A DNA stretch of 64,000 bases. Origin: Octopus vulgaris. Taxonomy: Eukaryota. Location: the NCBI GenBank assembly GCA_951406725.2, contig OX597816.1:71982001-72046000 (forward strand). Reading direction: 5' to 3'. The notes beneath the pieces are model-generated. The model searched no databases, was not told the origin of the DNA, and saw nothing but the letters and a program-made list of their open reading frames with translations. Of this stretch, positions 13,018-26,898 are shown piece by piece (position 1 is the stretch's first letter; each line of letters starts with the position of its first letter). Position numbers and translations under genes: made by a program.

Positions 13018-15219
13018 GTGAGTTAATGATTTCTTTTTCTTCCCTCTGGCTGGGTAGCCATGTATCTCCTCTACAGCAGCATACCTGTTTCTGACCTCAT
13101 TCTTGATCACTCTCTCTCTCTCCTTCCCTTGCTCTTCCTGCTGGTTAGGTAACCAAATATCTCCTTTACAGTAACACACCCATTTCTGTCCTCTTTCTTG
13201 TTACTCCTCTCTCCCTATCTCTCTCTTCCCCCCCCCCCTTTCTCTCTCTGGTCAGCAAATCACGTACTCCTTTACAGCAAGACACCTGTTTCTGCTTCTC
13301 TATCTCTATGTCACACTCTAACCTTTCATCATCTGACACAAGATTATCTCCGATGCCCCCCCCCCTCTCAAAAATTCCTTGTCTCACAAGTTACTTGGTG
13401 ACCCTGCTGGTGCCATGTAAAAAGCCTCCAGTCCACACTCTGCATGGATGTTGGCATTTGGAAGGGCATCCAGCTGTAAAAACCATGTCAAAACTTACCT
13501 TACCTGTGCTGGTGCCACATAAAAAGCACTCATTCCACTCTGCAGGTTTGTTGGTGTTAGGAAGGGCATCCAGCTATAAAAATCTTACCAAAACTGTTTC
13601 AAATTTTGGCACAGGGCCAATAATTTTGGGGAGGGGGTAAGTTGAGTACATTGATCCCCAGTGTTCAGCTGGTACTTATTTTATCAACCCCAAAAGGATA
13701 AAAGGCAAAGTTGACCTTGACTGGATTTGAACTCAGAACATAAAGAGCTAGAAGAAATATCTAAATATTGACAAGTCCTTTTTACTATGCATACAAGGCC
13801 TGAAATTTTGGGGTAGGTGCTAATCAGTTATGATTTCATTGACTCTAAAGGATGAAAATCCAAGTCAACCTTGACCAAATTTAGACTCAGGCCATAAAAA
13901 TGCTGCTTGATAGTGGTGTCTGAAATGGCCTGCACACCACCATATAACTTGTGTGACGTTGCATTTTTATTCTACCATTTTATTTTGAATTGCACATTGC
14001 GTTTTTATTCTTCTCTTTTGTTTTATAAGTTCAGTGTGCATATGCACATTGTGTGTTCATACTTCCAGGTCCTACTCACAACCGTTTACAGATCATAACC
14101 ATCTTAAGAAACTATGATTGTGAGGAGCATTCTATGCCCTGATGGTTGTGAAAAAATAATAAGTATTATATTTCCTTAAACCCTTCACTTCCTATGGAGC
14201 ATAAGCCAATGCTAACTTTATTGCACCAGTCTTGACTCTGGGTTCCCTTTGCTTCTCTGAAATTATATCCCTACTTTTGCCATTCTGTCTCTGTATCTTA
14301 CCTCCCTGAAAGAAGGCCTTCCTCTCCCAGCTAATGTTGGTTTTCAATTGTCATTGATGCTTTTATAACTTTGCCTTCTTCTAGGTAGGGATGTTGGCCT
14401 TATGCAGACTTATTTTTACATCTGGGAAGAGGTGGTCCATATTAATTTGGTTTTTATCCTTTGACCTGTCCAGCATGGAAGCCCCTATGAGGAGCTTGCA
14501 CTACACTGGCCCTCAGTTCCATTGAGGCACACAGGTCAGCACATTGCAATAAGTTCTGGATCTTCATCATCATCATCATCATCGTTTAACATCCGCTTTC
14601 CATGCTAGCATGGGTTGGACGATTTTGACTGAGGGCTGGCAAACCAGATGGCTACACCAGGCTCCAATCTTGATCTGGCAGAGTTTCTACAGCTGGATGC
14701 CCTTCTTAACGTCAACCACTCCGAGAGTGTAGTGGGTGCTATTTACGTGCCACCGGCACAGGGCCAGTCAGGCGATACTGGCAACGACCTCACTCGGATC
14801 TTTTTACACATGCCACTGGCACAGGTGCCAGTATGGTGATGCTGGTAACAATCACGCTTTATACTAAATTTAAATATTTTATTTCTTACAATAATCAATA
14901 ATAAAGTGTTTTTCTCAAGAACACAATATACCACCCGGTCTAGGAATTGAAACCATGGTCTCACAATCACGAGTGCAACACCCTAACCACTAATCCATGT
15001 GTCTTCACATAATAATATATAATAATATTAGTAATAATAATAATAATGATTTCAAATTTTGGCACAGGGCCAGCAATTTCAGAGAGGGGTTAACAAGCAT
15101 CTTTAACAGAACACCGTGACATTTGCTGCCCCTTTTGAGCTCACAACGCACTAAAGGGGACAGTAGTGCTTGGGTTAAGAATCACTGAACTAGAACATAT
15201 TGTATCCGTATACTTGCAG

Positions 15220-15373
15220 AAACACAAGGTTGCCGTATATATTTTACAACTGATGGGACAAAACCAAGTCATTTCAAACGTAAAGTGGCCGGTCGAGAAA
15301 TCACATTCAAATACTTTGCTCCATTCACTCTGAAATCTGGGAAGAGAACAATTAAAACTATTGCTGTGTCCAG
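15220..15373 (+). CDS. Coding exon 2: ETQGCRIYFTTDGTKPSHFKRKVAGREITFKYFAPFTLKSGKRTIKTIAVS(R); Fn3-associated/CHB_HEX_C-like domain
   Basis: ttgcag acceptor, cag|gtaaaa donor, phase 1 to 2. IYFTTDGxKP...FKYxxPxTL..GK..IKxIAVS signature as in DZANK1. Confidence 0.9.
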
Positions 15374-15450
15374 GTAAAAGAAATTGTATCTGCTTCATTT
15401 GGCTTTCTCCTGTCTTAGTGCAGCTATTTTATATATATATATATATATAT

Positions 15451-18400
15451 CAACAATAAAGGAACGGCCATAATAGGCCATTCACCCACTAGAAATAACA
15501 GCCAAAGCTTCAACCGCAAATAAAAGTCAATTCAGTAAACCAGGAGAAAATTTAAAAAACATTTACCCTGTAATTTCTTATACGATATACCGTTTCATCT
15601 GCTGATTAATGGTAAACTAACCTGATTAAATTAAATCAAGCCAATCTTCCACAGGCCCTCAGATTCCTCAGTAAGAAATAGCCCAAGACGGAACAGATAT
15701 TTTCACGAGGCATTTCCGACGTTGCCAAGTTAATATCTGACCTAAAATTTTCAAATCGTCGCACTCGCGCCAAATTTATCGGCAGCAAATAAATATAAGC
15801 CGTCGATTCCATTACGGAATTAACCAGAAAATTCATAATTAATCAATATAGGGTGGCAAAAAAAAAATTTTGTAGAATTCTTTTGCCACCAGCGGCCTAG
15901 TAGGAAAAAATTAAAATAGTCATAGACCATTTTCAAGTTTAACATCAACAATAAAGGAACGGCCATAATAGGCCATTCACCCACTAGAAATAACAGCCAA
16001 AGCTTCAACCGCAAATAAAAGTCAATTCAGTAAACCAGGAGAAAATTTAAAAAAACATTTACCCTGTAATTTCTTATACGATATACCGTTTCATCTGCTG
16101 ATTAATGGTAAACTAACCTGATTAAATTAAATCAAGCCAATCTTCCACAGGCCCTCAGATTCCTCAGTAAGAAATAGCCCAAGACGGAACAGATATTTTC
16201 ACGAGGCATTTCCGACGTTGCCAAGTTAATATCTGACCTAAAATTTTCAAATCGTCGCACTCGCGCCAAATTTATCGGCAGCAAATAAATATAAGCCGTC
16301 GATTCCATTACGGAATTAACCAGAAAATTCATAATTAATCAATATAGGGTGGCAAAAAAAAAATTTTGTAGAATTCTTTTGCCACCAGCGGCCTAGTAGG
16401 AAAAAATTAAAATAGTCATAGACCATTTTCAAGTTTAACATCAACAATAAAGGAACGGCCATAATAGGCCATTCACCCACTAGAAATAACAGCCAAAGCT
16501 TCAACCGCAAATAAAAGTCAATTCAGTAAACCAGGAGAAAATTTAAAAAAACATTTACCCTGTAATTTCTTATACGATATACCGTTTCATCTGCTGATTA
16601 ATGGTAAACTAACCTGATTAAATTAAATCAAGCCAATCTTCCACAGGCCCTCAGATTCCTCAGTAAGAAATAGCCCAAGACGGAACAGATATTTTCACGA
16701 GGCATTTCCGACGTTGCCAAGTTAATATCTGACCTAAAATTTTCAAATCGTCGCACTCGCGCCAAATTTATCGGCAGCAAATAAATATAAGCCGTCGATT
16801 CCATTACGGAATTAACCAGAAAATTCATAATTAATCAATATAGGGTGGCAAAAAAAATTTTGTAGAATTCTTTTGCCACCAGCGGCCTAGTAGGAAAAAA
16901 TTAAAATAGTCATAGACCATTTTCAAGTTTAACATCAACAATAAAGGAACGGCCATAATAGGCCATTCACCCACTAGAAATAACAGCCAAAGCTTCAACC
17001 GCAAATAAAAGTCAATTCAGTAAACCAGGAGAAAATTTAAAAAAACATTTACCCTGTAATTTCTTATACGATATACCGTTTCATCTGTTGATTAATGGTA
17101 AACTAACCTGATTAAATTAAATCAAGCCAATCTTCCACAGGCCCTCAGATTCCTCAGTAAGAAATAGCCCAAGACGGAACAGATATTTTCACGAGGCATT
17201 TCCGACGTTGCCAAGTTAATATCTGACCTAAAATTTTCAAATCGTCGCACTCGCGCCAAATTTATCGGCAGCAAATAAATATAAGCCGTCGATTCCATTA
17301 CGGAATTAACCAGAAAATTCATAATTAATCAATATAGGGTGGCAAAAAAAATTTTGTAGAATTCTTTTGCCACCAGCGGCCTAGTAGGAAAAAATTAAAA
17401 TAGTCATAGACCATTTTCAAGTTTAACATCAACAATAAAGGAACGGCCATAATAGGCCATTCACCCACTAGAAATAACAGCCAAAGCTTCAACCGCAAAT
17501 AAAAGTCAATTCAGTAAACCAGGAGAAAATTTAAAAAAACATTTACCCTGTAATTTCTTATACGATATACCGTTTCATCTGCTGATTAATGGTAAACTAA
17601 CCTGATTAAATTAAATCAAGCCAATCTTCCACAGGCCCTCAGATTCCTCAGTAAGAAATAGCCCAAGACGGAACAGATATTTTCACGAGGCATTTCCGAC
17701 GTTGCCAAGTTAATATCTGACCTAAAATTTTCAAATCGTTGCACTCGCGCCAAATTTATCGGCAGCAAATAAATATAAGCCGTCGATTCCATTACGGAAT
17801 TAACCAGAAAACTCATAATTAATCAATATAGGGTGGCAAAAAAAATTTTGTAGAATTCTTTTGCCACCAGCGGCCTAGTAGGAAAAAATTAAAATAGTCA
17901 TAGACCATTTTCAAGTTTAACATCAACAATAAAGGAACGGCCATAATAGGCCATTCACCCACTAGAAATAACAGCCAAAGCTTCAACCGCAAATAAAAGT
18001 CAATTCAGTAAACCAGGAGAAAATTTAAAAAAACATTTACCCTGTAATTTCTTATACGATATACCGTTTCATCTGCTGATTAATGGTAAACTAACCTGAT
18101 TAAATTAAATCAAGCCAATCTTCCACAGGCCCTCAGATTCCTCAGTAAGAAATAGCCCAAGACGGAACAGATATTTTCACGAGGCATTTCCGACGTTGCC
18201 AAGTTAATATCTGACCTAAAATTTTCAAATCGTCGCACTCGCGCCAAATTTATCGGCAGCAAATAAATATAAGCCGTCGATTCCATTACGGAATTAACCA
18301 GAAAATTCATAATTAATCAATATAGGGTGGCAAAAAAAATTTTGTAGAATTCTTTTGCCACCAGCGGCCTAGTAGGAAAAAATTAAAATAGTCATAGACC

Positions 18401-20074
18401 ATTTTCAAGTTTAACATCAACAATAAAGGAACGGCCATAATAGGCCATTCACCCACTAGAAATAACAGCCAAAGCTTCAACCGCAAATAAAAGTCAATTC
18501 AGTAAACCAGGAGAAAATTTAAAAAACATTTACCCTGTAATTTCTTATACGATATACCGTTTCATCTGCTGATTAATGGTAAACTAACCTGATTAAATTA
18601 AATCAAGCCAATCTTCCACAGGCCCTCAGATTCCTCAGTAAGAAATAGCCCAAGACGGAACAGATATTTTCACGAGGCATTTCCGACGTTGCCAAGTTAA
18701 TATCTGACCTAAAATTTTCAAATCGTTGCACTCGCGCCAAATTTATCGGCAGCAAATAAATATAAGCCGTCGATTCCATTACGGAATTAACCAGAAAACT
18801 CATAATTAATCAATATAGGGTGGCAAAAAAATTTTGTAGAATTCTTTTGCCACCAGCGGCCTAGTAGGAAAAAATTAAAATAGTCATAGACCATTTTCAA
18901 GTTTAACATCAACAATAAAGGAACGGCCATAATAGGCCATTCACCCACTAGAAATAACAGCCAAAGCTTCAACCGCAAATAAAAGTCAATTCAGTAAACC
19001 AGGAGAAAATTTAAAAAAACATTTACCCTGTAATTTCTTATACGATATACCGTTTCATCTGCTGATTAATGGTAAACTAACCTGATTAAATTAAATCAAG
19101 CCAATCTTCCACAGGCCCTCAGATTCCTCAGTAAGAAATAGCCCAAGACGGAACAGATATTTTCACGAGGCATTTCCGACGTTGCCAAGTTAATATCTGA
19201 CCTAAAATTTTCAAATCGTCGCACTCGCGCCAAATTTATCGGCAGCAAATAAATATAAGCCGTCGATTCCATTACGGAATTAACCAGAAAATTCATAATT
19301 AATCAATATAGGGTGGCAAAAAAAATTTTGTAGAATTCTTTTGCCACCAGCGGCCTAGTAGGAAAAAATTAAAATAGTCATAGACCATTTTCAAGTTTAA
19401 CATCAACAATAAAGGAACGGCCATAATAGGCCATTCACCCACTAGAAATAACAGCCAAAGCTTCAACCGCAAATAAAAGTCAATTCAGTAAACCAGGAGA
19501 AAATTTAAAAAAACATTTACCCTGCTGGTGGCAAAAGAATTCTACAAAATTTTTTTTGCCACCCTATATTGATTAATTATGAATTTTCTGGTTAATTCCG
19601 TAATGGAATCGACGGCTTATATTTATTTGCTGCCGATAAATTTGGCGCGAGTGCGACGATTTGAAAATTTTAGGTCAGATATTAACTTGGCAACGTCGGA
19701 AATGCCTCGTGAAAATATCTGTTCCGTCTTGGGCTATTTCTTACTGAGGAATCTGAGGGCCTGTGGAAGATTGGCTTGATTTAATTTAATCAGGTTAGTT
19801 TACCATTAATCAGCAGATGAAACGGTATATCGTATAAGAAATTACAGGGTAAATGTTTTTTAAATTTTCTCCTGGTTTACTGAATTGACTTTTATTTGCG
19901 GTTGAAGCTTTGGCTGTTATTTCTAGTGGGTGAATGGCCTATTATGGCCGTTCCTTTATTGTTGATGTTAAACTTGAAAATGGTCTATGACTATTTTAAT
20001 TTTTTCCTACTAGGCCGCTGGTGGCAAAGAATTCTACAAAATTTTTTTTGCCACCCTATATTGATTAATTATGA

Positions 20075-20075
<1 letters not shown>
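15451..20075. repeat. ~494-bp tandem array (~8.25 near-identical units) followed by ~1.1 inverted unit; flanked by (TA)n
   Basis: Unit starts at 15451, 15946, 16442, 16936...; orientation switches at 19524; repeated identical ORFs in the track. Confidence 0.97.
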
Positions 20076-20116
<41 letters not shown>

Positions 20117-22402
20117 TTCTTCTGGATCATCTATGCCATCATCACCACCATCAACACTATTCCTATCAAAGCCATCACCCTCGACTCTGTTATCAACCTC
20201 AACACTGTTGTCTTCTTCTTCTTCATCTTCGTCTTCTTCCAATCAGAACTCACGCCATTAGCCACAAAAAATAATCTTTAATTCGAGCCTACTTTAAACT
20301 ACTAAGAATGCATGTGGCAACTTGAAGATCCACCCACCACATGCAGTAGACCGGCAGTTGCACGGGCGCAAAAGCTACGCTGTTATCCTCATTCTGTAAA
20401 TGGTGGATTTTAACAGGTGGTGAGCTGAACCATCCTGGGGTACAGAGGATTCACAATCTAGACTAGGGTTTGAAAGTTTACCACACCATAGTGGGTTACA
20501 CCATGGTTCCTATGCTTTGTGGCAGAAGTAGGAAGAAAGAGTGAGAGAAAGTTGTGGTGAAAGAGTACAGCAGGGTTCCCCGAACCCCCGCCGGAGCTTC
20601 GTGGAGCTTAGGTGTTTTTGCTCAATAAACACTCACAATGCTCAGTCTGGGAATCGAAACCGCGAGTCCGCTGGCCTAACCACTGGGCCATTGCACTTCC
20701 TCTAACACTGTTGTTGTCTTCAGTGCCATTGTCAGACTCCATCACCCTCAATGCCATCGTTGTCACCACCATCACCACCACCATCACTGCTTTCACTGTT
20801 GTCATCACCTCTGACATCATCATCAGCATCAACTATAGTTGTAAGTCTTTCCACTGTTATTTGATTTGCTAGAAATAACAATCAAATCTATGTCAAACTC
20901 CATCTTTGTCTTAAAAAATGAATGAATGCACTAAATAACTATCCAGATATAAGACAGCATAAAACCAGATTTCTTTCTTTTCCTATTTTTTTGAGGCTAG
21001 AACATAAATCAAAATTTCATCACCGGAATTATAACATTTGGATCCAAAGATATGGATTTATTGATCAAGTCTAGTCATTTAGTTGTTGACTAACTACAAG
21101 TTGTATGTATGTTTGATCAAGTTTGACTTTGGGCTAAACAGCACAGTCTCATGCTTTTCCTCAATGGGGCTGGGGTCATCTTGTTAATGGTTTCATCAGG
21201 TGTTGTCATGCAAAAAGCCAACCGGGACCACCAGCACCTCCCATCACATATCATCCCCTCTGCATACAGGGGTCTGTTCTTATGCTAGGCAGTCTGGTTT
21301 CTTCTGCTCAGTATCATAACATGTTGAGGGTTCTTCTGGGTGAGTTTTTGGCCCTCTGCAGAATGGTTTAATGATGGGGCTGCCATCTTGGCAATGAGTC
21401 AATGTGCCACAGGTCACCATTAATCTGGAGCCTACCTGGGGAATCTAGATGGTAACATTCTCTTGGATTTATGGATCATGCAAGCCCCCTCACCATAAAG
21501 TCAGACCCAGGAGGGGGAAACAACATAGCAAAGAATAAAATAAAATAAGAATTTGATAATTAATATTTTATTAAATTTAGCTAATTTATAGATTTTAGTT
21601 TTTGCAAAAATAGTTAAGTAGACAACATCCTAGATTGGCTTTGATTAAATAGACATATGGACAAAAGGAGTCCACCATTGACCATCCCATAGGTTATTGT
21701 TTATTTATTGGTGATAGTGACGTTATTGGTGTTGGACGGTTATAACTGGAATGACTAGTCTACTCAATCAATACTAGTCTGGAGTTAAGCAATAACTTAT
21801 CTACCCACCCAACTATTTTCAAACTGTGTTTCGTTACTTGATCAATCTTTATCTTTTACTTGCTTCAATCATTATACTGTAACCATTTATCAAACATCAC
21901 AGAACTCTTAGCTACCTCTCATGGAACTTTAGGGTTTGGGAAAACCTCTTATTTCTTTATTGCCCACAAGGGGCTAAACATAGAGGGGACAAACAAGGAC
22001 AGACAAAGGACAGCCTGATTACATTGACTCCAGTTCATAACTGGTACTTATTTAATTGACCCCGAAAGGATGAAAGGCAAAGTTGACCTCGGCGGAATTT
22101 GAACTCAGAACGTAGCGGCAGACAAAATACGGCTAAGCATTTCACCCGGCATGCTAACGTTTCTGCCAGCCTGCTGCCTCTATTAAGAAACACTGCTCTA
22201 GGATACAATTTGAGAGAGAATTTTGCTGTTTTTTTTTTTGGGGGGGGGGGTTCTAGCAGGTCCAGTGACACATAGAAGCTCCTTCATTAGCTTTCTGTAT
22301 TTCATATTTCATTATTTTCGTATGTAAAATATTCAATTACAAAGGACGGAATTTGTAATGAAATCGTATCGTTTCATCTTCAAAACTCTATATCTCTTCC
22401 AG

Positions 22403-22544
22403 AGATGGACTTCAAGAAAGTGCTGTTGTCACTAAAACATTTTTTGTGGAAAATGTCCAAGAGTCTGATACCGACAATTCATATGAATACTTCCGCCCAG
22501 TCAAAAGCAACGAACCTTTCAAATCCTCCAGTTATTATAGTAAA
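22403..22544 (+). CDS. Coding exon 3: DGLQESAVVTKTFFVENVQESDTDNSYEYFRPVKSNEPFKSSSYYSK
   Basis: ctcttccag acceptor, aaa|gtaagt donor, phase 2 to 0. Completes the Fn3-associated fold (cf. recalled DZANK1 DCRQSGIVTKVFHV). Confidence 0.88.
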
Positions 22545-22664
22545 GTAAGTCTTTAGCTCCTCTGGTGATGAGCCCTGTTTTGTTTTTAATTACACTTTCT
22601 TCTGTCTTCACCATACATCAATCAACATAATTTACCCAGTTCTATATTTAAGAGATGAGGAATT

Positions 22665-23167
22665 ATGTACATTATTTACATTTGATGGATATTTGTCTTC
22701 ATCTTTGTTGTTAACACAACATTTCGGTTGATATACCCTCCAGCCTTCTTCAGGTGTCTTGGGGAAATTTTGAACCTGGGTTTTCATTCCGAAGGTATTT
22801 TTCGATATTATTATTATTATTAATAACATTATTATTATTATTATTATTCAGGTTACTGCCTGGAATTGAACTCAGAATCTTGGGGTTAGTAGCCCACGCT
22901 CTTAACCACTATGCCCACGGGCATATGGCGTAGTGGTTAAGAGTGTGGGCTACTAAACCCAAGATTTTGACTTTGATTCCAGGCAGTGACCTGAATAATA
23001 ATAATAATAATAGTAATAATAATAATAATATTTAAAAATACCTTAGGAATGAGAACCCAGGTTCAAAATTTCCCAAAGACACCTGATGAAGGCCGGAGGG
23101 TATATCAGCCGAATTGTTGTGTTAACAACAAAGATGAGGACAAATATCCATCAAATGTAAATAATGT
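22665..23167. mobile_element. Inverted pair of Penelope-like terminal repeats (fold-back) with a tRNA-like segment and minimal hammerhead-like motif
   Basis: Arms are reverse complementary about ~22918; the same sequence flanks the GIY-YIG fragment at 42608-43250. Confidence 0.75.
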
Positions 23168-23839
23168 GTAATTTACCCATCACCACACCACATGACTAAA
23201 GACAGAAGGGATGAGAAGAGAGAAGAAGAAAAAGTTGTAAATAATACAGAAACATACAGGGTAATACACACGCAATAGACATACATGCACTTACCTGTGA
23301 TACAAGAAATAGAGATAGATGTATGAAAGAAAAAACAAATATATAGATAAATAAATATATTTGTCACATACCTGGGATAAATATAAGATATAGATAAAGT
23401 AAATAAATCTATATAAAGGCCATGGATACATACAACATATGAAGCAAACCCATACACACACACACAAACACTCACAAGAAATTTCATTGACGGCCAGAAG
23501 AATTTCAACAGGATTAACAATGGCAGCAACAGTGGGGTGACAACAATGGCAATAACAACAACTACCACAATGGCAACACTGTGGGCAAACACACAAACAC
23601 AGAGGAATACAAGAACTGTACCAAATTTCCGGGTCTTAGGACAGCAGCAGCACAATGGGGTGAGAGGATGGGGCTGAGGGGAAGGCCACACTGCTGCTCA
23701 GAACTATGACACACACACACACACTCACATATATATACACACACAAACAAGGACACAAATGCATACACATCTTAGAAGAAGAGAATGGAGTAAGTGAAGC
23801 AAGAACACACTCGAAAACGAAAAGTGTTGCTGAAGAGGT

Positions 23840-23960
23840 CACTCATCATTCTCATCCTTTGACCAACCTATGGTTGGTTGGAACTCCATTGATAATCGCT
23901 TTCCACACTACACGGTCATGTGTTGCTGTGTTCAGATCCATAATACCCAGCCCTGAATCC
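23840..23960 (-). mobile_element. LINE (RTE-like) 3' end fragment
   Basis: Minus strand reads GLGIMDLNTATHDRVVWKAIINGVPTNHRLVKG*, similar to the RTE C-terminal DRxxW motif. Confidence 0.5.
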
Positions 23961-24661
23961 AAAGGTGAAGTATCTGGAAATGTCAGTTTTCTGGAGAAAA
24001 CACTTCCAGAGGAATGCCACAGATGTGTGACAAAAGATTTCCAGACAATGGACAGGAGTTAAAATTACAAAATAAGAACAGTAATAAACGAGTGAAGAGG
24101 AAATATATAATGCATGGGTTTATTTGGCAAAAGAAAACAAACAAAAAATTACCACTCCGAAATACAGTATCTGTTTCACATCAGGAATCTTGCAGCATGA
24201 ATTTTATTAAATCACTTGACTTCAAGTCAAGTTGTATTTATATGGGAGACGTGTGTTGCTCACACACACACACACAAAACAAGTTTCTTTCAGTTTCCAT
24301 CTGTCACATCCACTCACAAGGCTTTGGTTGTCCTGAGGCTATATTAGAAAGGCACTTGCCCAAGGTGTCATGTGGTGGGACTGATCCTGGAACCATGTGG
24401 TTGGGAAGAAAGCTTCTTACCACACAGCCATCATCATTTAACATCTGTTGTCCATGCTAGCATGGGTTGGACGGTTTGACCAGGGCTGGTAAGCTGAGGG
24501 GCTGCACCAGACTCTAGGCTGACTTGGATGGTTTCTATGGCTGGATGCCCTTCCTAATGCCAACCACTCCGAGAGTGTAATGGGTGCTATTACGTACCAC
24601 CAGCATGGGTGTCAGTTTTCATGACACCAATATCTTTGTCTGTCTATCTCTCTCTCTCCCT

Positions 24662-24744
<83 letters not shown>

Positions 24745-24817
24745 AACAGGAATGATATAATCATATTTTTGATGAGTTCATTTTCCTTTCAACACTTTTA
24801 TCTTCTCTTAATTACAG

Positions 24818-24962
24818 AATGACCATTTCCTGTCTGAAGGAGAAGACAAAGACAACCAAATGGTATCTGTTCAACAATCAAGGGAATTCCCTGTTCATCA
24901 AGCTTGGGAAGAAGAAAATGAGGATTTCTATGACCACAGAATTAATTACAGAAATTCTTCAG
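24818..24962 (+). CDS. Coding exon 4: acidic low-complexity linker NDHFLSEGEDKDNQMVSVQQSREFPVHQAWEEENEDFYDHRINYRNSS(E)
   Basis: Polypyrimidine + ttacag acceptor; weak donor cag|gttttt; phase 0 to 1 bridges exons 3 and 5. Confidence 0.75.
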
Positions 24963-26898
24963 GTTTTTAAGGCCACAAATTTTTCTTTAATATTTTTTCT
25001 CCAAGTTTAAGTTGTTAGTATTTCTGATTAGTTCTTCCATGTGGCAGTTTTAATGTTTCCAATAATCATTATTACCTATTTCTTTACTACCCACAAGGGG
25101 CTAAACACAGAGAGGACAAACAAGGACAGACAAACGGATTGTTGATTATATTGACCCCAGTGCGTAACTGATACTTATTTAATCGACCCTGAAAGGATGA
25201 AAGGCAAAGCCTACCTCGGCGGAATTTGAACTCAGAACGTAACGGCAGACGAAATACTGCTAAGCATTTCGCCCGGCGCGCTAACGTTTCTGCCAGCTCG
25301 CCGCCTTTATTACCATTTAACGTCTGCTTTCCATGTTGGCATGAGTTGGACGGTTTGACATGGAGCTGGCTTGCAGGGAACTGTCCAGACACCAGCTGTC
25401 TGTTGTGGCATGGATGCTCTTCCTAATGCCAACCTTTTAGCAGAGTGTGCTGGCTGCATTTTATGTGCCACCAGCACATGTGCATTTACACAACACTAGC
25501 ACAGGTGCTTTTTAAGTGGCACCGGCACCTGAAAAGACAAACCTGTATGTATGGAAGACAACAACTTTACTTAGCTTGACATGTCTTATCAAGTACAGCA
25601 AATCACCACATCTCCCAGTCCCTTGTCATTTCCTCAATGAGGCCCAGCATCCAAAGATCCCTTCTCATCACTTCATCCCATATCTTCCTGGGTCTACCCC
25701 TTCCACTGGCACCCTCCACAATTAGAGCTCTCAGCACTTCTTTATGCAGCTGTCATCACCCGTATGCATTACATGTGTAAATATTCTTTCACCCTCCAGT
25801 TGTTTGACATGGATTAATGTTTTAAAAAAAAACGGCAGTGAATTTGTAAAGTTGAGAGAGTATTGGATTAAATGTCTTCCCTGAAGCTTTTCCCTCATGA
25901 TTGTGAGCTGCCATTTTTACTTCACCTTTGTACAGTGTTTCCCAGCCTATTTTCCCCCTGGAAAATGTATGCCCCATGGTTGGTTGGGAACAAAGAACAG
26001 GTGTAGTATGTTTGCTGTGAAAAAAAAATGTTGTTTCAGCTGTTCTTAACAAGCCCTAGGTCAGTTCTGATTGGGTTAATTGATCTGCTTGAACTAGCAG
26101 CTGAATTTCCCCAAAATCACAATCACACTTTACTGTCTCAGAGAGAAAAAAGGGGGGCATTTTGAATAATGCAATCAAAGATATACAGAAAGATGGGATG
26201 GTCAGAACTGGATTGTCCAACACCAAGCTAAACAACGATAACCTATGATCAAAAGGTTTCTCAGGCATGACTATCTCACTTTTTATTCACACATAGTATT
26301 CCTAGAGCTACATTATCCAATGTGTCTAAGAGTGGCAGTCATAAGAAATAGGAGATTTGAAAGACATGTGGCTGTTAATTCTAGCAACCCAAATAACTAT
26401 GTGGAAATACCCTTTTTAGCTCAAGATACATTAGATAATTCATATTAACCCTTCGTTCTAAAATATTCAAAAACCTGCTCTAGAAAGCATCATAAATGAT
26501 AATTTGGAGGTTTAGTGGGTTTTGAGGCTTTCTGCACTGGACCCCCTTCACTCAGTAAACTCAGCTGGTTGATCAAATCTTGACTTGATCCTGTAGCAGC
26601 AAACCACTGACTTGCCCTGCCCATTTTATTCAAAGCCATCTGGTGATCTCTGCTGGTTTGGGGATAGAATATATGACCCTTCTCTTTGCTGTAATCCCTA
26701 ACTCCAAGCTTAGTCAGTTTTGCAGAATGAATGCTGCCACTAAACCCTGACAGCTTACTCCATTTAGCTTCCAGTATCCCCCACGAGCTTAGGCTTTTGC
26801 ACTGCTCTGCCAGTTCCTTCCAAGGAGCTGGCAGAGCAAAAATTCATCATATAATCTACAGTGGCACCCTTAAAACAAAATTATTATTTTATTTGCAG

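Noticed and set aside
15636-20078. Repeated 60-66 aa ORFs (MNFLVNSV..., MRLKLWLL...) as a tandem small-protein cluster or CRISPR-like array
   Set aside because: They are by-products of the satellite unit. One ORF is broken by poly-A length changes, there are no unique spacers, and the context is a eukaryotic intron.
20995-21105. Candidate extra exon after a pyrimidine tract
   Set aside because: Stops occur before the plausible donor in the frames examined, and exons 2 and 3 join directly within a conserved domain.
22405-22548. Alternative frame MDFKKVLLSLKHFLWKMSK... as a start exon
   Set aside because: The other frame continues the DZANK1-like domain and fits the phases of both neighbouring exons.
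22921-22992. tRNA gene candidates (also near 43110, 46146, 60118 and 63330)
   Set aside because: A/B-box-like heads embedded in SINE or Penelope repeats, with no intact cloverleaf acceptor stem seen.
23173-24460. Long hydrophobic and overlapping ORFs (172, 118, 148 aa)
   Set aside because: Composed of microsatellite, LINE and SINE pieces; exons 3 and 4 join in phase without them.
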